The notes beneath the pieces were generated by a model that saw only the letters and a list, made by a program, of their open reading frames with translations, made no database searches and was not told the DNA's origin. A DNA stretch of 64,000 bases from Novilysobacter viscosus (lineage in GTDB: Bacteria; Pseudomonadota; Gammaproteobacteria; Xanthomonadales; Xanthomonadaceae), in NCBI RefSeq assembly GCF_046600715.1, contig NZ_JBJMAV010000001.1:149980-213979 (forward strand). Direction: 5' to 3'. A program made the position numbers and the translations under genes. Positions within the stretch are counted from its first letter, which is position 1. Each line of letters begins with the position of its first letter. This document shows positions 10,335-19,840 of the stretch, piece by piece.

Positions 10335-11116
10335 GGCAGGTCCCGGGCGCAGCGGAATCCGAGGTTGGCGGTGGTGTCGGCGGCGCCCAGAGAGGACAGC
10401 ATGGCCACCCGCATCAGCACCGCATAGTTCTCGCGGTCGTCCATCGACAGCGCACCGGCACCGCAGAAGCGCGCGTTGTCGGGGTCGCCCTGGTTGCGGT
10501 TGTCGGCATCGACCAGCAACGAGGAGAAATCATCGGTCCATTCCCAGACCAGTCCGTGCAGGTCCTGCACGCCATAGGCGTTGGGGGTCTGCAGGCCGGC
10601 ACGGGGCAGGGCGGTGTTGGACGGACGCGAGTACCAGCCGAGGATGCGCTCGCGCCAGACAGGGTCCTTGCGTGCATCGCGGCGGGTCTCGTCGGCGGCG
10701 GCCACGTATTCCCATTCGTTCCAGGTCGGCAGGCGCGCGCCCTGCGATTCGCAGTAGGCCGAGGCGGCAAACCAGCTGACCTGGACGACCGGCGCCTCGG
10801 GCAGGGTGGTCCCGAGCGCGGTCGGGCCCGCCCAGTGCGACAGGTAGCGCGGTTCGGCCATGACGGTGGCGGCGCGGTCGCGGCGCCATTCCGGTTCAGC
10901 CTTGACGAAGGCCAGGAACTCCGCATTCGTCACCGGTCGCTTCATCAGCGCGAACGGTGCGATACGGACGTTCCCGGGCACGTCCTCGTACGCGAGTGCG
11001 CTGCGGAAGCTGCCGCCCGGCAGCTTCACGTACCCCCCGCCGCTGGCAACCTGGCCGGCGACGGGCAGGGCCAGCAACAGCGCCGACGCCAGTACGAGTG
11101 CACGCACCCGGTCCAT
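10331..11116 (-). CDS. nirV: formylglycine-generating-enzyme family protein NirV
   Basis: FGE-sulfatase fold motifs (WEWT, RGGS-like, C-terminal GFRCAR). Signal peptide. Located immediately downstream of nirK, as is typical for nirV. Confidence 0.7.
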   Translation of the reverse strand: MDRVRALVLASALLLALPVAGQVASGGGYVKLPGGSFRSALAYEDVPGNVRIAPFALMKRPVTNAEFLAFVKAEPEWRRDRAATVMAEPRYLSHWAGPTALGTTLPEAPVVQVSWFAASAYCESQGARLPTWNEWEYVAAADETRRDARKDPVWRERILGWYSRPSNTALPRAGLQTPNAYGVQDLHGLVWEWTDDFSSLLVDADNRNQGDPDNARFCGAGALSMDDRENYAVLMRVAMLSSLGAADTTANLGFRCARDLP

Positions 11117-11117
11117 C

Positions 11118-12644
11118 TCAGTGGCCGGCCGACGCGTTGGCGGGTTTCACCGCGCGGATCTGGGCGGCCTCTTCCTTGGTCACGCGGCCGCCGGGGTTGC
11201 CCCAGCTGTTGAGCACGTAGGTGGAGATGTTGGCAACCTCGTCGTCGGTCAGCTGGCTCATCGGCGGCATGATCGAGTTGTAGTCGACGCCGTTGACCGT
11301 GACCGGCCCCTGCAGGCCGTGCAGGATCACGCGCGGCACCGCCTTGGGGTCGTTGGCGATGTAGTCGGCACCGGCCAGCGGCGGGAACACGCCTTCCATG
11401 CCCGCGCCATTGACCTGGTGGCAGGTGGAGCACGTGCCCTGGTAGAGCGCCTCGCCGGCCTTGACCTGCTGCTCGACGGTGAGCTCGCCGGTGCTGGCGG
11501 ACGCGGCCGCTACCGCAACAGCGGCCAGGTTGGGCTGGGCGCGGTCGCCGATGTAGACCGCGTCCACTTCCAGGCCCGAGTAGATTTCCTTGTTCTCCGG
11601 TCCGCTCGCCTGGAGGATGCCCAGGGCGCCCTTGTTGAACGCGCGGAACAGGCTGTGGTCGACCAGGATGTAGCTGCCGGGGACTTCCATGTGGAATTCC
11701 ATCATGGCCGCGCCGCCCGCCGGGATCAGCGTGGTCTGCACGTTCTCCTGGAAGTTCGTGCCGCCCTCGTACCAGACCTTGTCGAAGATCTCGCCGATCA
11801 CGTGGAAGCTCGACACCAGGTTCGGGCCACCGTTGCCCACGTACAGGCGGACGGTCTCGCCGGTGTTGGCGGTCAGCACCTTGTCGCCGGTCATCGAGCC
11901 TTCCGAGCCGTTGAACAGCACGTAGGTCGGGTTCTCGTCGATCGCCTTCTCCATGTCGAACGGCTGCAGGCCCTTCTCCCGGTACTTGCCGGCGGTGTAG
12001 AAGTCGCCCTGCATCACGTAGTACTCCTTGTCGACCGGCGGCAGGCCCTCCGGCGGCTCGACCAGGATCAGGCCGTACATGCCGTTGGCCACGTGCATGC
12101 CCACCGGCGCGGTGGCGCAGTGGTAGACGTAGAGGCCGGCGTTGAGCGCCTTGAAGGTGAAACGGGTCACGTGGCCGGGCGCGGTGAAGCTGGAGGTCGC
12201 GCCGCCGCCCGGGCCGGTGACGCCGTGCAGGTCGATGTTGTGGGGCATCTTGCTGTCGGGCATGTTGCGCAGGTGGAATTCCACCGTGTCGCCCTGGCGA
12301 ACGCGGATGAAGCTGCCGGGCACGGTGCCGCCGAAGGTCCAGAAGGTGTAGTCCACGCCCTCGGAGATCGGCATCACCTTCTCGACCACGTCCAGCTCCA
12401 CCACCACCTTTGCCGGGTAGTCGCGGCCGGTCGGCGGCGGCACCAGCGGCGGGCTGGTCAGCACCGCATCGATCGGCTTGCCCTGGGGTGGTCCGAAGTC
12501 GCCCTTGCGCGAGCCGCCGGTTCCTTCATCGGCAGCGCCGGCACGCGGTGCGTCGGCGGTGGCGTCGTCATTGTCCTGGCCGCAACCGGCCAGGAGCAGT
12601 GCGGCGATGGCGGCGGAAGCCATGAATCGGGTAGCACGGATCAT
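11118..12644 (-). CDS. nirK: copper-containing nitrite reductase NirK with C-terminal cytochrome c domain
   Basis: Type 1 and type 2 Cu ligand motifs ([28 protein letters not shown]), a C-terminal CSTCH heme motif and a lipoprotein signal (LLLAGCGQ). Start chosen at MIRATRF with a GGAG RBS. The upstream 57 aa of the ORF were rejected. Confidence 0.85.
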   Translation of the reverse strand: MIRATRFMASAAIAALLLAGCGQDNDDATADAPRAGAADEGTGGSRKGDFGPPQGKPIDAVLTSPPLVPPPTGRDYPAKVVVELDVVEKVMPISEGVDYTFWTFGGTVPGSFIRVRQGDTVEFHLRNMPDSKMPHNIDLHGVTGPGGGATSSFTAPGHVTRFTFKALNAGLYVYHCATAPVGMHVANGMYGLILVEPPEGLPPVDKEYYVMQGDFYTAGKYREKGLQPFDMEKAIDENPTYVLFNGSEGSMTGDKVLTANTGETVRLYVGNGGPNLVSSFHVIGEIFDKVWYEGGTNFQENVQTTLIPAGGAAMMEFHMEVPGSYILVDHSLFRAFNKGALGILQASGPENKEIYSGLEVDAVYIGDRAQPNLAAVAVAAASASTGELTVEQQVKAGEALYQGTCSTCHQVNGAGMEGVFPPLAGADYIANDPKAVPRVILHGLQGPVTVNGVDYNSIMPPMSQLTDDEVANISTYVLNSWGNPGGRVTKEEAAQIRAVKPANASAGH

Positions 12645-12728
12645 GCGGAACTCCCCTTCTGGTGTCGGGTAGTGGAAGCGATGGCCGGAGCCACGAAGGC
12701 CAGCATACCCACCGGTCTGGCCACCATC

Positions 12729-12742
12729 CTGATCGTGGTCAA
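12729..12742. promoter_or_regulatory. FNR/NNR-like box cTGATcgtgGTCAA, about 92 bp upstream of nirK
   Basis: 9/10 match to TTGAT-N4-ATCAA-type palindrome, followed by an A7 tract. Confidence 0.45.
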
Positions 12743-12817
12743 AAAAACGCAAAAGCCAGTCGGCGGCGGTCCTGCCGGCATTTGGAACGGGGGTGATGGT
12801 CGGCCCCAGGCTCACGC

Positions 12818-12831
12818 TTGACCTGCGTCAA
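12818..12831. promoter_or_regulatory. FNR/NNR box TTGACctgcGTCAA in the nirK / UbiT-like divergent region
   Basis: Perfect palindrome, 116 bp upstream of the 12947 ATG and 174 bp upstream of nirK. Confidence 0.55.
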
Positions 12832-12946
12832 TGTGCGGCTTCGCCGTCCTCGCGTCTCATGGGGGCACCTCCAGGGAGGCAGGCGTGGGCCACTACTTGT
12901 ATCGCCCCGGTTCGCAGGCGCGCGGGCCCATGGGAGCTGCCCGGCC

Positions 12947-13861
12947 ATGACGGCACGCACCGCAGGCAACACTGCAGCCGCAGGCACGGTGGGCACCGCC
13001 CCCGACCCGGTGGGCGGCCCCGCGATGGGCACACTGCGGGGCCTGCGACGCGCCATCGATGTGATCGACGACGCGTCGCTGGTCCTGCTTGCCACGCGCG
13101 GCCAGCTGGCACGTGTTGCGGGCCGAATCAAGACGGCACGGGGGCTTCCGCTGCGGGATCCGGCACGCGAGGCACGGGTGCACGCGCGGGCCCGGGCCCT
13201 GGCCCAACGCCTTGGGATCGAGCCGGACACCGCCCGGGCCTTCCGGGCGGTCGCGGTCGCCGATGCCTGCCGTCGCCAGGGCCTGCGACCTGATCTGGGT
13301 CAATGCGCCGGGGCCGGGGGCCCGTTCACGATGGCGGTCATGCCCGGTCCCGTAGAAGCACACCCCGCCGTGCGGCACCTGCTGCGCTGGCTCCCGCCTC
13401 CCTCTCGCCTGGCGCCGGTGCTGCGGCGGTTGCCGGCGGCTGCGAGCCATCAGCTGCTGGGACGCGCGCTGGAAAAGGTCCTTGCGACGCCGGTGTCGAA
13501 CGGCGACTTCGAGTTCATGGTGGGCCGGCGGATCGGCATCGAGGTCATCGACCTGGGGCTGCGCTGGGTCATCCAGTGCGACGAGGCGGGGCTGCGCGCC
13601 GGCGACGGCGCCGCCGAGGCCACGGTGCGCGGCACCGCGACCGACCTGTTGCTGCTCGCCAGCCGGCTGGAAGACGCCGACACGCTGTTCTTCCAGCGCC
13701 GCCTGGTGCTGACCGGGGACGTGGAGCTCGGGCTGACGGCGCGCAACCTGCTGGAAAGGTTGCCCTGGGAGTCGGTGCCATTGGGCATCCGGATCGGCCT
13801 GAATCGCGCTGCACGCCTGGCCAGCGCGGCGCGCGAGGCCCACCACGGGCGCACCGCCTGA
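12947..13861 (+). CDS. AroQ chorismate-mutase-like domain fused to an SCP2 sterol-carrier domain (UbiT-like)
   Basis: N-terminal LRGLRRAIDVIDDASLVLLATRGQLARVAGRIKTARGLPLRDPAREARV matches the AroQ catalytic helix pattern (R..R..K..D..RE). The C-terminal part, DFEFMVGRRIGIEVIDLGLRWVIQC...LTGDVELGLTARNLLERL, matches an SCP2 fold. Internal ATG with a GGGAG RBS. Confidence 0.65.
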   Translation: MTARTAGNTAAAGTVGTAPDPVGGPAMGTLRGLRRAIDVIDDASLVLLATRGQLARVAGRIKTARGLPLRDPAREARVHARARALAQRLGIEPDTARAFRAVAVADACRRQGLRPDLGQCAGAGGPFTMAVMPGPVEAHPAVRHLLRWLPPPSRLAPVLRRLPAAASHQLLGRALEKVLATPVSNGDFEFMVGRRIGIEVIDLGLRWVIQCDEAGLRAGDGAAEATVRGTATDLLLLASRLEDADTLFFQRRLVLTGDVELGLTARNLLERLPWESVPLGIRIGLNRAARLASAAREAHHGRTA

Positions 13862-13865
13862 CATG

Positions 13866-13900
13866 ACCTGCGATCGCGGCTGAAGCCGCTCCCATGGAAG
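13866..13900. repeat. REP-like intergenic palindromic element, copy 1
   Basis: GATCGCGGCTGAAGCCGCTCCCATGGAAGC shares about 30 nt with the copy at 18362. Contains the GCGGCT/AGCCGC stem. Confidence 0.5.
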
Positions 13901-13910
13901 CCACTGCCGC

Positions 13911-14948
13911 ATGACTGCTACCGCCGCACTGTCCGTGCCACGTTGGCGCGACGAGCTCGAGACCGAGTACGCGCCCCTGGTGGCGACGCTCGAACAACTG
14001 ATCCCGTGCATGGAGGTGCCCATGCACCTGCCGTGGATCGATGCGATCAACACGCTCAAGGAGGACCGCGATGCGGTGATCATGGCGCACAGCTACCAGT
14101 CGCCGGAGATTTTCCACGGGGTGGCCGACGTCACCGGCGACTCGCTGGCGCTCGCGCAGGCGGCGGCCGACTGCGACAGCGGGCTGATCGTGCTGTGCGG
14201 CGTGCACTTCATGGCCGAGAGCGCAAAGATCCTGGCGCCCGCCAAGACCGTACTCATCCCCGACCTGGAAGCGGGCTGCTCGCTGGCGGCGTCCATCACC
14301 GCCGCCGATGTCAGGGCCCTGCGCAAGCGCCACCCGGGTGTTCCGGTGGTCAGCTACGTCAACACCTCGGCAGAAGTGAAGGCCGAGTCGGACGCCTGCT
14401 GCACGTCGGCCAACGCGGTGCAGGTGGTGGAAGCCATCGCGGCCGAAACCGGGGCCCGGCAGGTCATCTTCCTGCCCGACCGCTACCTGGGCAGCTGGGT
14501 GGCAACGCAGACCGGCGTCGAACTGGTGCTGTGGAACGGCACCTGCGAGGTACATGAGACCTTCACCGCGCAGCAGGTGCGGCATACCCGCGAGCAGTTC
14601 GATACCAGGGTGGTCGCGCACCCGGAGTGCTCACCCGAGGTGCTGGCCGAGGCGGATTTCGTCGGTTCCACCAGCGCCATGGGGCGTTGGCTGGAGAAGG
14701 AACAGCCCGCGCGGGTGGCGATGATCACCGAGTGCTCGATGGCCGACAACCTGAAGAACCGGTTCCCGCAGGTGCAGTTCATCAAGCCGTGCAACCTGTG
14801 CCCGCACATGAAGCGCATCACCCTGCAGAACATCCACGCCTGCCTGCGCGACCTCAGGCACGAGGTGGTCGTGGCACCCGACGTGGCGGAGCGGGCGCGC
14901 CGCGCGCTGGACCGGATGCTGGCGGTCGGCCGGCGCGAGCAGGTCTGA
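13911..14948 (+). CDS. nadA: quinolinate synthase
   Basis: 345 aa with a conserved Cys triad and NadA family motifs (VMAHSYQ, CEVH, PECSPE). Confidence 0.9.
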   Translation: MTATAALSVPRWRDELETEYAPLVATLEQLIPCMEVPMHLPWIDAINTLKEDRDAVIMAHSYQSPEIFHGVADVTGDSLALAQAAADCDSGLIVLCGVHFMAESAKILAPAKTVLIPDLEAGCSLAASITAADVRALRKRHPGVPVVSYVNTSAEVKAESDACCTSANAVQVVEAIAAETGARQVIFLPDRYLGSWVATQTGVELVLWNGTCEVHETFTAQQVRHTREQFDTRVVAHPECSPEVLAEADFVGSTSAMGRWLEKEQPARVAMITECSMADNLKNRFPQVQFIKPCNLCPHMKRITLQNIHACLRDLRHEVVVAPDVAERARRALDRMLAVGRREQV

Positions 14949-16403
14949 GTGGCCGCAGGGCGCGTGGTGGTGGTCGGCAGTGGCATCGCCGGCCTGTGTG
15001 TCGCGTTGGCCGCGGCGCCCCGCGCGGTGCTGCTGCTGGGGCGTGCCCACCGGGGTGCCAGCGCGAGCGCATTGGCCCAGGGCGGCATCGCGGCCGCCGT
15101 CGGGGCAGGCGACTGCGCCGACGCGCATGCCCGGGACACGCTGGTGGCGGGCGCGTTCCGCAATGACGCCCCGCGGGTGCGGGCGCTGGTGGACGCGGCG
15201 CCGGGGGCGATCGCGTGGCTGCAGTCGATCGGCGTTGCGTTCGACCAGGACCATGGCCGCCCCAGGCTCGGTCGCGAGGGGGGGCACGGTGCCGCCCGCA
15301 TCGTGCACGCCGGCGGGGATGCCACCGGGGCGGCGGTGATGGCGGCATTGTCGCGGGCCGCCCGCTGCGCAGCGCATATCGAGTGGCACGAGGGAGACGG
15401 GGATGTCGACGCGCTGCTGATGCGCGGTGGCCGGGTGACGGGGGTGCGCCTGTCGCGGGAGGGCGTGCTGCTCAAAGCCGACACGGTGGTATTGGCGACC
15501 GGCGGCATCGGGGCGCTGTTCGCCCGCACCAGCAATCCGGACGGGTCCGATGGCGCCGGGCTGGCGCTGGCGCTGGCCGCGGGCGCGCAGCCACGCGACC
15601 TGGAGTTCATGCAGTTCCACCCCACCGCGATGGACGTTGGCACCGGATCACTCCCGCTGGTCACCGAAGCGCTGCGCGGGGCAGGCGCGAGGCTGCTGGA
15701 CGGAAACGGCAACGCGCTGATGCAGGGCGTTCACCCACAGGGCGACCTTGCACCGCGCGACATCGTTGCGCGACGCGTCTGGCAGGCGCGTCACGAGACG
15801 GGCGCGGCGGTGCTGGATGCGCGGGCAGGCTGGATCGACTGGGAGCGCCGCTTCCCGACCGCACTGGCGGCCTGTCGTGCCCACGGGATCGATCCGCGGC
15901 GGGAGCCGATACCGGTCACGGCGGCGGCGCACTTCCACATGGGCGGCGTGGCGACCGACGACCTCGGCCGCACCAGCGTGCCCGGGCTGCATGCCGTCGG
16001 CGAAGTCGCATGCAACGGCGTCCATGGCGCCAACCGGCTGGCCAGCAATTCGTTGCTGGAGGGCGTGGTCTTCGGCCGCCGGCTGGGGATGCGCCTGGCG
16101 CAGGTCGCTCCCACGGGTGCGTCCGGCCCGCGCACCCTGGCCGAACGTGGCCCGCCACTGGAGGGCGAAGAGCTGGTGCGGCTGCGCACCACCCTGTGGA
16201 ACGCCGCGGGTCCCGTGCGTACGGCCGAGGGGATGACCGCAGGGCTCGAGCAACTGGCCGTCCTTTCCGGTCGAGGCTGGCAGGCGAAACTGGCCGAAGC
16301 GATCCTGGCCGCGGCGCTCCGGCGCGGCACCAGCCTGGGGGCGCACTGGCGGGGCGACAGCGGAGTCCCGAGCCGCCAGGCCGTCGGCTCCAGGGCGGAC
16401 TAG
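14949..16403 (+). CDS. nadB: L-aspartate oxidase
   Basis: FAD-binding GSGIAGL, fumarate reductase/succinate DH flavoprotein family, 484 aa. GTG start abuts the nadA stop. Confidence 0.85.
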   Translation: MAAGRVVVVGSGIAGLCVALAAAPRAVLLLGRAHRGASASALAQGGIAAAVGAGDCADAHARDTLVAGAFRNDAPRVRALVDAAPGAIAWLQSIGVAFDQDHGRPRLGREGGHGAARIVHAGGDATGAAVMAALSRAARCAAHIEWHEGDGDVDALLMRGGRVTGVRLSREGVLLKADTVVLATGGIGALFARTSNPDGSDGAGLALALAAGAQPRDLEFMQFHPTAMDVGTGSLPLVTEALRGAGARLLDGNGNALMQGVHPQGDLAPRDIVARRVWQARHETGAAVLDARAGWIDWERRFPTALAACRAHGIDPRREPIPVTAAAHFHMGGVATDDLGRTSVPGLHAVGEVACNGVHGANRLASNSLLEGVVFGRRLGMRLAQVAPTGASGPRTLAERGPPLEGEELVRLRTTLWNAAGPVRTAEGMTAGLEQLAVLSGRGWQAKLAEAILAAALRRGTSLGAHWRGDSGVPSRQAVGSRAD

Positions 16404-16458
16404 GCGCCCCTGGAGTCCGGGTGCGCAGTGCGATACGCCGGGGCCCGGACCGGGCGAA

Positions 16459-16472
16459 TTGACCGTCATCAA
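16459..16472. promoter_or_regulatory. FNR box TTGACcgtcATCAA upstream of fabA
   Basis: 5-4-5 palindrome centred about 62 bp upstream of the fabA ATG. Confidence 0.55.
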
Positions 16473-16526
16473 GCCAAATGCACGCAGGAACGTGCAAAAT
16501 CAGGGTTTCGACAGCGCTTGGATGAC

Positions 16527-17042
16527 ATGGATCGACCTTCTTCGTTCGACTATGAGCAATTGCTGGCCTGCGGCCGTGGCGAGATGTTCGGCCCCGGCAA
16601 CGCGCGCCTGCCGCTACCGCCGATGCTGATGTTCGATCGCATCACCGAGATCTCGACCCAGGGCGGTGCCCACGGCAAGGGCGTGGTCCGGGCCGAGCTG
16701 GATATCCGCCCGGACCTGTGGTTCTTCGATTGCCATTTCCAGGGCGATCCGGTCATGCCCGGCTGCCTCGGGGTGGATGCGATGTGGCAGTTGTGCGGGT
16801 TCTACCTGCCCTGGCTGGGCGCCCCCGGCCGCGGTCGCGCCCTGGGCGTAGGCCAGGTCAAGTTCAGCGGCCAGGTGCTGCCCGACGCCAAGCGGGTGAG
16901 CTACGAGATCGACATTCGCCGCGTGATGCGCGGCAAGCTGGAGTTGGTGATCGCCGACGGACGCACCCTGGTGGACGGTCGTGAGATCTACACCGCCAGC
17001 GACCTGAGGGTCGGGCTGTTCACCTCCACGGAGGGGTTCTGA
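16527..17042 (+). CDS. fabA: 3-hydroxydecanoyl-ACP dehydratase/isomerase
   Basis: 171 aa, FabA hot-dog fold with active-site His/Asp context ([24 protein letters not shown]). Confidence 0.9.
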   Translation: MDRPSSFDYEQLLACGRGEMFGPGNARLPLPPMLMFDRITEISTQGGAHGKGVVRAELDIRPDLWFFDCHFQGDPVMPGCLGVDAMWQLCGFYLPWLGAPGRGRALGVGQVKFSGQVLPDAKRVSYEIDIRRVMRGKLELVIADGRTLVDGREIYTASDLRVGLFTSTEGF

Positions 17043-17043
17043 G

Positions 17044-18279
17044 ATGGCCGCCGGAAAAGGCAGGCGCGTGGTCGTCACCGGGATGGGCGTGGTCTCGTGC
17101 CTGGGCAATGACCGTGGCAGCGTGACCCGTTCACTGCGCGAGGGCCGCGCGGGGATCACGTTCATCCCCGAGTACGCGGAACTGGGCCTGCGCAGCCACG
17201 TGGCCGGTGCACCGCAGATCGACCTGGCCGAGCAGATCGACCGCAAGCTCAAGCGCTTCATGGGCGACGCGGCCGGCTACGCCTACGTGGCCATGCGCGA
17301 TGCCATCGCCGACGCCGGACTGGCCGACGACCTTGTCCGTAGTGCACGCACGGGGCTGATTGCCGGGTCCGGCGGGGGTTCGCCGCAGTGGCAGATCGAA
17401 ACCGGTGACCTGCTGCGCAAAAAGGGCGTGCGCAAGGTCGGCCCGTACATGGTGCCGCGCACGATGGGCTCCACGGTGTCGGCCGCGCTGTCCACCGCCT
17501 TCGGCATCCGTGGCCTGAGCTATTCGATATCGGCGGCCTGCGCGACATCCGCCCATTGCATCGGGGCGGCGGCCGACCTGATCCGGCTGGGACGGAAGGA
17601 CGTGATGTTCGCCGGTGGCGGCGAGGAGCTGCACTGGGGCATGACCGCCCAGTTCGATGCCATGGGTGCGCTGTCCAGCAAGCACAACGACACCCCGGCG
17701 TCGGCTTCCCGGCCGTATGACGTGGACCGCGATGGCTTCGTCATCGCCGGCGGCGGCGGCATGCTGGTGCTGGAAGACTACGAGCACGCCCAGGCGCGCG
17801 GCGCGACCATCATCGCCGAGCTGGTCGGCTACGGCGTGACCTCCGACGGCGTCGACATGGTGGCGCCCTCTGGCGAAGGCGCGGTGCGTTGCATGCGCAT
17901 GGCGCTGGAGGGGCTGGACGGCAACAGCGTCGGCACCATCGATTACCTCAATACCCACGGCACGTCCACGCCGGTGGGCGACGTGGTCGAGCTGGGCGCG
18001 GTGCGCGAGGTATTCGGCGACGCAGTGCCGCCGTTGTCCTCGACCAAGGCCCTGTCGGGGCACTCGCTCGGCGCGGCCAGCGTGCACGAGGCGATCTTCT
18101 GCCTGCTCATGATGCAGGAGGGTTTCGTCGCCGGCTCGGCCAACATCGAGACGCTCGACCCCAAGGCCGAGGGGTTCCCGATTCTTCGCGAAAGCCGCGA
18201 TGCAGAGCTCGGGACGGTGATGTCCAACAGCTTCGGCTTTGGCGGCACCAACGCCACGCTGGTGTTCGCGAAAGCCTGA
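17044..18279 (+). CDS. fabB: 3-oxoacyl-ACP synthase I
   Basis: KAS I family with active-site Cys ([10 protein letters not shown]) and His/His ([18 protein letters not shown]). 411 aa. Confidence 0.9.
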   Translation: MAAGKGRRVVVTGMGVVSCLGNDRGSVTRSLREGRAGITFIPEYAELGLRSHVAGAPQIDLAEQIDRKLKRFMGDAAGYAYVAMRDAIADAGLADDLVRSARTGLIAGSGGGSPQWQIETGDLLRKKGVRKVGPYMVPRTMGSTVSAALSTAFGIRGLSYSISAACATSAHCIGAAADLIRLGRKDVMFAGGGEELHWGMTAQFDAMGALSSKHNDTPASASRPYDVDRDGFVIAGGGGMLVLEDYEHAQARGATIIAELVGYGVTSDGVDMVAPSGEGAVRCMRMALEGLDGNSVGTIDYLNTHGTSTPVGDVVELGAVREVFGDAVPPLSSTKALSGHSLGAASVHEAIFCLLMMQEGFVAGSANIETLDPKAEGFPILRESRDAELGTVMSNSFGFGGTNATLVFAKA

Positions 18280-18361
18280 GGCGTCGCCCCGCCAACCGTG
18301 CGGGGTCCCCTTGTTGGATCGGCGTCAGCCCGGCCGGGAGCCGGCGCAGGCGGGTGGTTCC

Positions 18362-18400
18362 GGATCGCGGCTGAAGCCGCTCCTACGGGAGCGGCGGGTT
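18362..18400. repeat. REP-like intergenic palindromic element, copy 2
   Basis: GATCGCGGCTGAAGCCGCTCCTACGGGAGCGGCGGGTTC. Nested stems GCGGCT/AGCCGC and GCCGCTCC/GGAGCGGC. Confidence 0.5.
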
Positions 18401-18460
18401 CGACGTCGCCCTTGACCCGCGTCATGGCGGGGTGCCCGCCGCGGGCGCGACGATTGCGCC

Positions 18461-18910
18461 ATGCCCACCACCGCCTATCCGTATCTGTTGCTGCTGCACC
18501 TGTTCGGCGCGATCGCATTCGCCGGCACGGTGTTCTTCGAGGTGGTGATCCTGGAAGGGGTGCGCCGGCACGTGCCAGCGCGGGTGATGACGCTCGTCGA
18601 GGGGGGTATCGGAAAGCGCGCCCGGCAGGTGATTCCCCGAGTGTTGCTGTTGCTCTACGGCAGTGGCCTGGGGATGGCCTGGCACTATCGCGCGGCCCTC
18701 GCGGATCCGCTGGCGAGCAGTTTCAGCCTGCTGTTGACGATCAAGATCGTGCTGGCGCTCAGCGTGTTCGGCCACTTCCTGCTGGCGATGGCCCTGCGAA
18801 GGCGACAGCGACCGGTCGCGGACGCCTACCGGCGCATCCATTACAGCGTGTTCGGCCACGTCGTGGCGATCGTGCTGCTGGCCAAGGCGATGTTCCACCT
18901 GCACGGGTGA
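18461..18910 (+). CDS. hypothetical 4-TM membrane protein
   Basis: 149 aa with four hydrophobic helices. Preceded by a degenerate FNR-like site TTGACccgcGTCAt (18412-18425). Confidence 0.45.
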   Translation: MPTTAYPYLLLLHLFGAIAFAGTVFFEVVILEGVRRHVPARVMTLVEGGIGKRARQVIPRVLLLLYGSGLGMAWHYRAALADPLASSFSLLLTIKIVLALSVFGHFLLAMALRRRQRPVADAYRRIHYSVFGHVVAIVLLAKAMFHLHG

Positions 18911-18942
18911 CGGCGTCGGTGGAAGTAGCCCCGGACCCGGCC

Positions 18943-19830
18943 TCAGGGGGATTGGGCGGCCGCCGGCAGCACCATGCCCGGCTCGCCATGCCAGTAGCCG
19001 TTCCGCTCGCCCAGCATCGGGGCCGCGTCGGGGGATGCACGGGCACGGTCGAAATGCGCCACGATTTCGCGGCTGCCCTCGGCCTGGGGATAGATCCGGA
19101 GCAGGTCGACGCCGAGTGCGCGCAGTGCCGGCAGTTCCGGTCCGAGGTCGGTGGTTTCCTCTCCCTGCACCTGGATCCCGTTGATCCGCAGGAACGGCCG
19201 CCCGTCGCGGGTGGCCAGCAGCATCCCGTCCGGATAGTCGATGCAGCGGAAGCCGCACTGGTCCTTGGGCACGTCCAGCGCGCGTGCGGTGAAGCAGCGT
19301 GCCGAGAACGACAGCGGCAGGCGGCCCCAGGCGATCACTTCCAGCTCGGGCATGGCGTGGCCGGTGGCCTGCATCGCGTCGCGCAGTTCACGGATCAGGA
19401 CTTCGCCCTGCTCAACCCCGGGCACCCACCGCCGCAGGCCGTCCTCCATCAGCATCGCCAGCGCTTCGTGGTTGTAGATGTTGAGCGTCGGGCCGGCCAC
19501 GAACGGCAGCCCCGCCTGCCTGCACAGCTGCACCGCCGACAGGTCGTTGGCTTCCAGCCAGCAGCCGCCTTCCTCGACCAGCCGCGAGAGCACGCCCAGT
19601 TCCGACTCGGCCTCGATCAGGGCCAGGCTCGACAGCACCACCTGCTTGCCGCTGCCCGACAGCTCGCCGGCCAGGTCGATCCAGTCCCGGGTGCCCAGTT
19701 CGCGGCGCTTGCTGCATACCGTCTCGCCCAGGTAGACCACGTCCAGGGGCCAATCGACGGCCTCGCGGTAGAAGGCGAGGGTGCGCTCGCGCGGCCAGAA
19801 GTACTGCAGGGGGCCAAGGCTGAGTTTCAT
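18943..19830 (-). CDS. ubiV: U32-family protein UbiV (O2-independent ubiquinone hydroxylation)
   Basis: Start MKLSLGPLQYFWPRE. Peptidase-U32 fold with conserved Cys (CIDYPDG, CFTARALDVPKDQCGFRC). Directly downstream of ubiU. Confidence 0.75.
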   Translation of the reverse strand: MKLSLGPLQYFWPRERTLAFYREAVDWPLDVVYLGETVCSKRRELGTRDWIDLAGELSGSGKQVVLSSLALIEAESELGVLSRLVEEGGCWLEANDLSAVQLCRQAGLPFVAGPTLNIYNHEALAMLMEDGLRRWVPGVEQGEVLIRELRDAMQATGHAMPELEVIAWGRLPLSFSARCFTARALDVPKDQCGFRCIDYPDGMLLATRDGRPFLRINGIQVQGEETTDLGPELPALRALGVDLLRIYPQAEGSREIVAHFDRARASPDAAPMLGERNGYWHGEPGMVLPAAAQSP

Positions 19831-19840
19831 CGACGGGTCC

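Noticed and set aside
10860-12821. 653-aa plus-strand ORF over nirK
   Set aside because: It is antisense to nirK, which has Cu-ligand and CxxCH motifs. Low-complexity translation.
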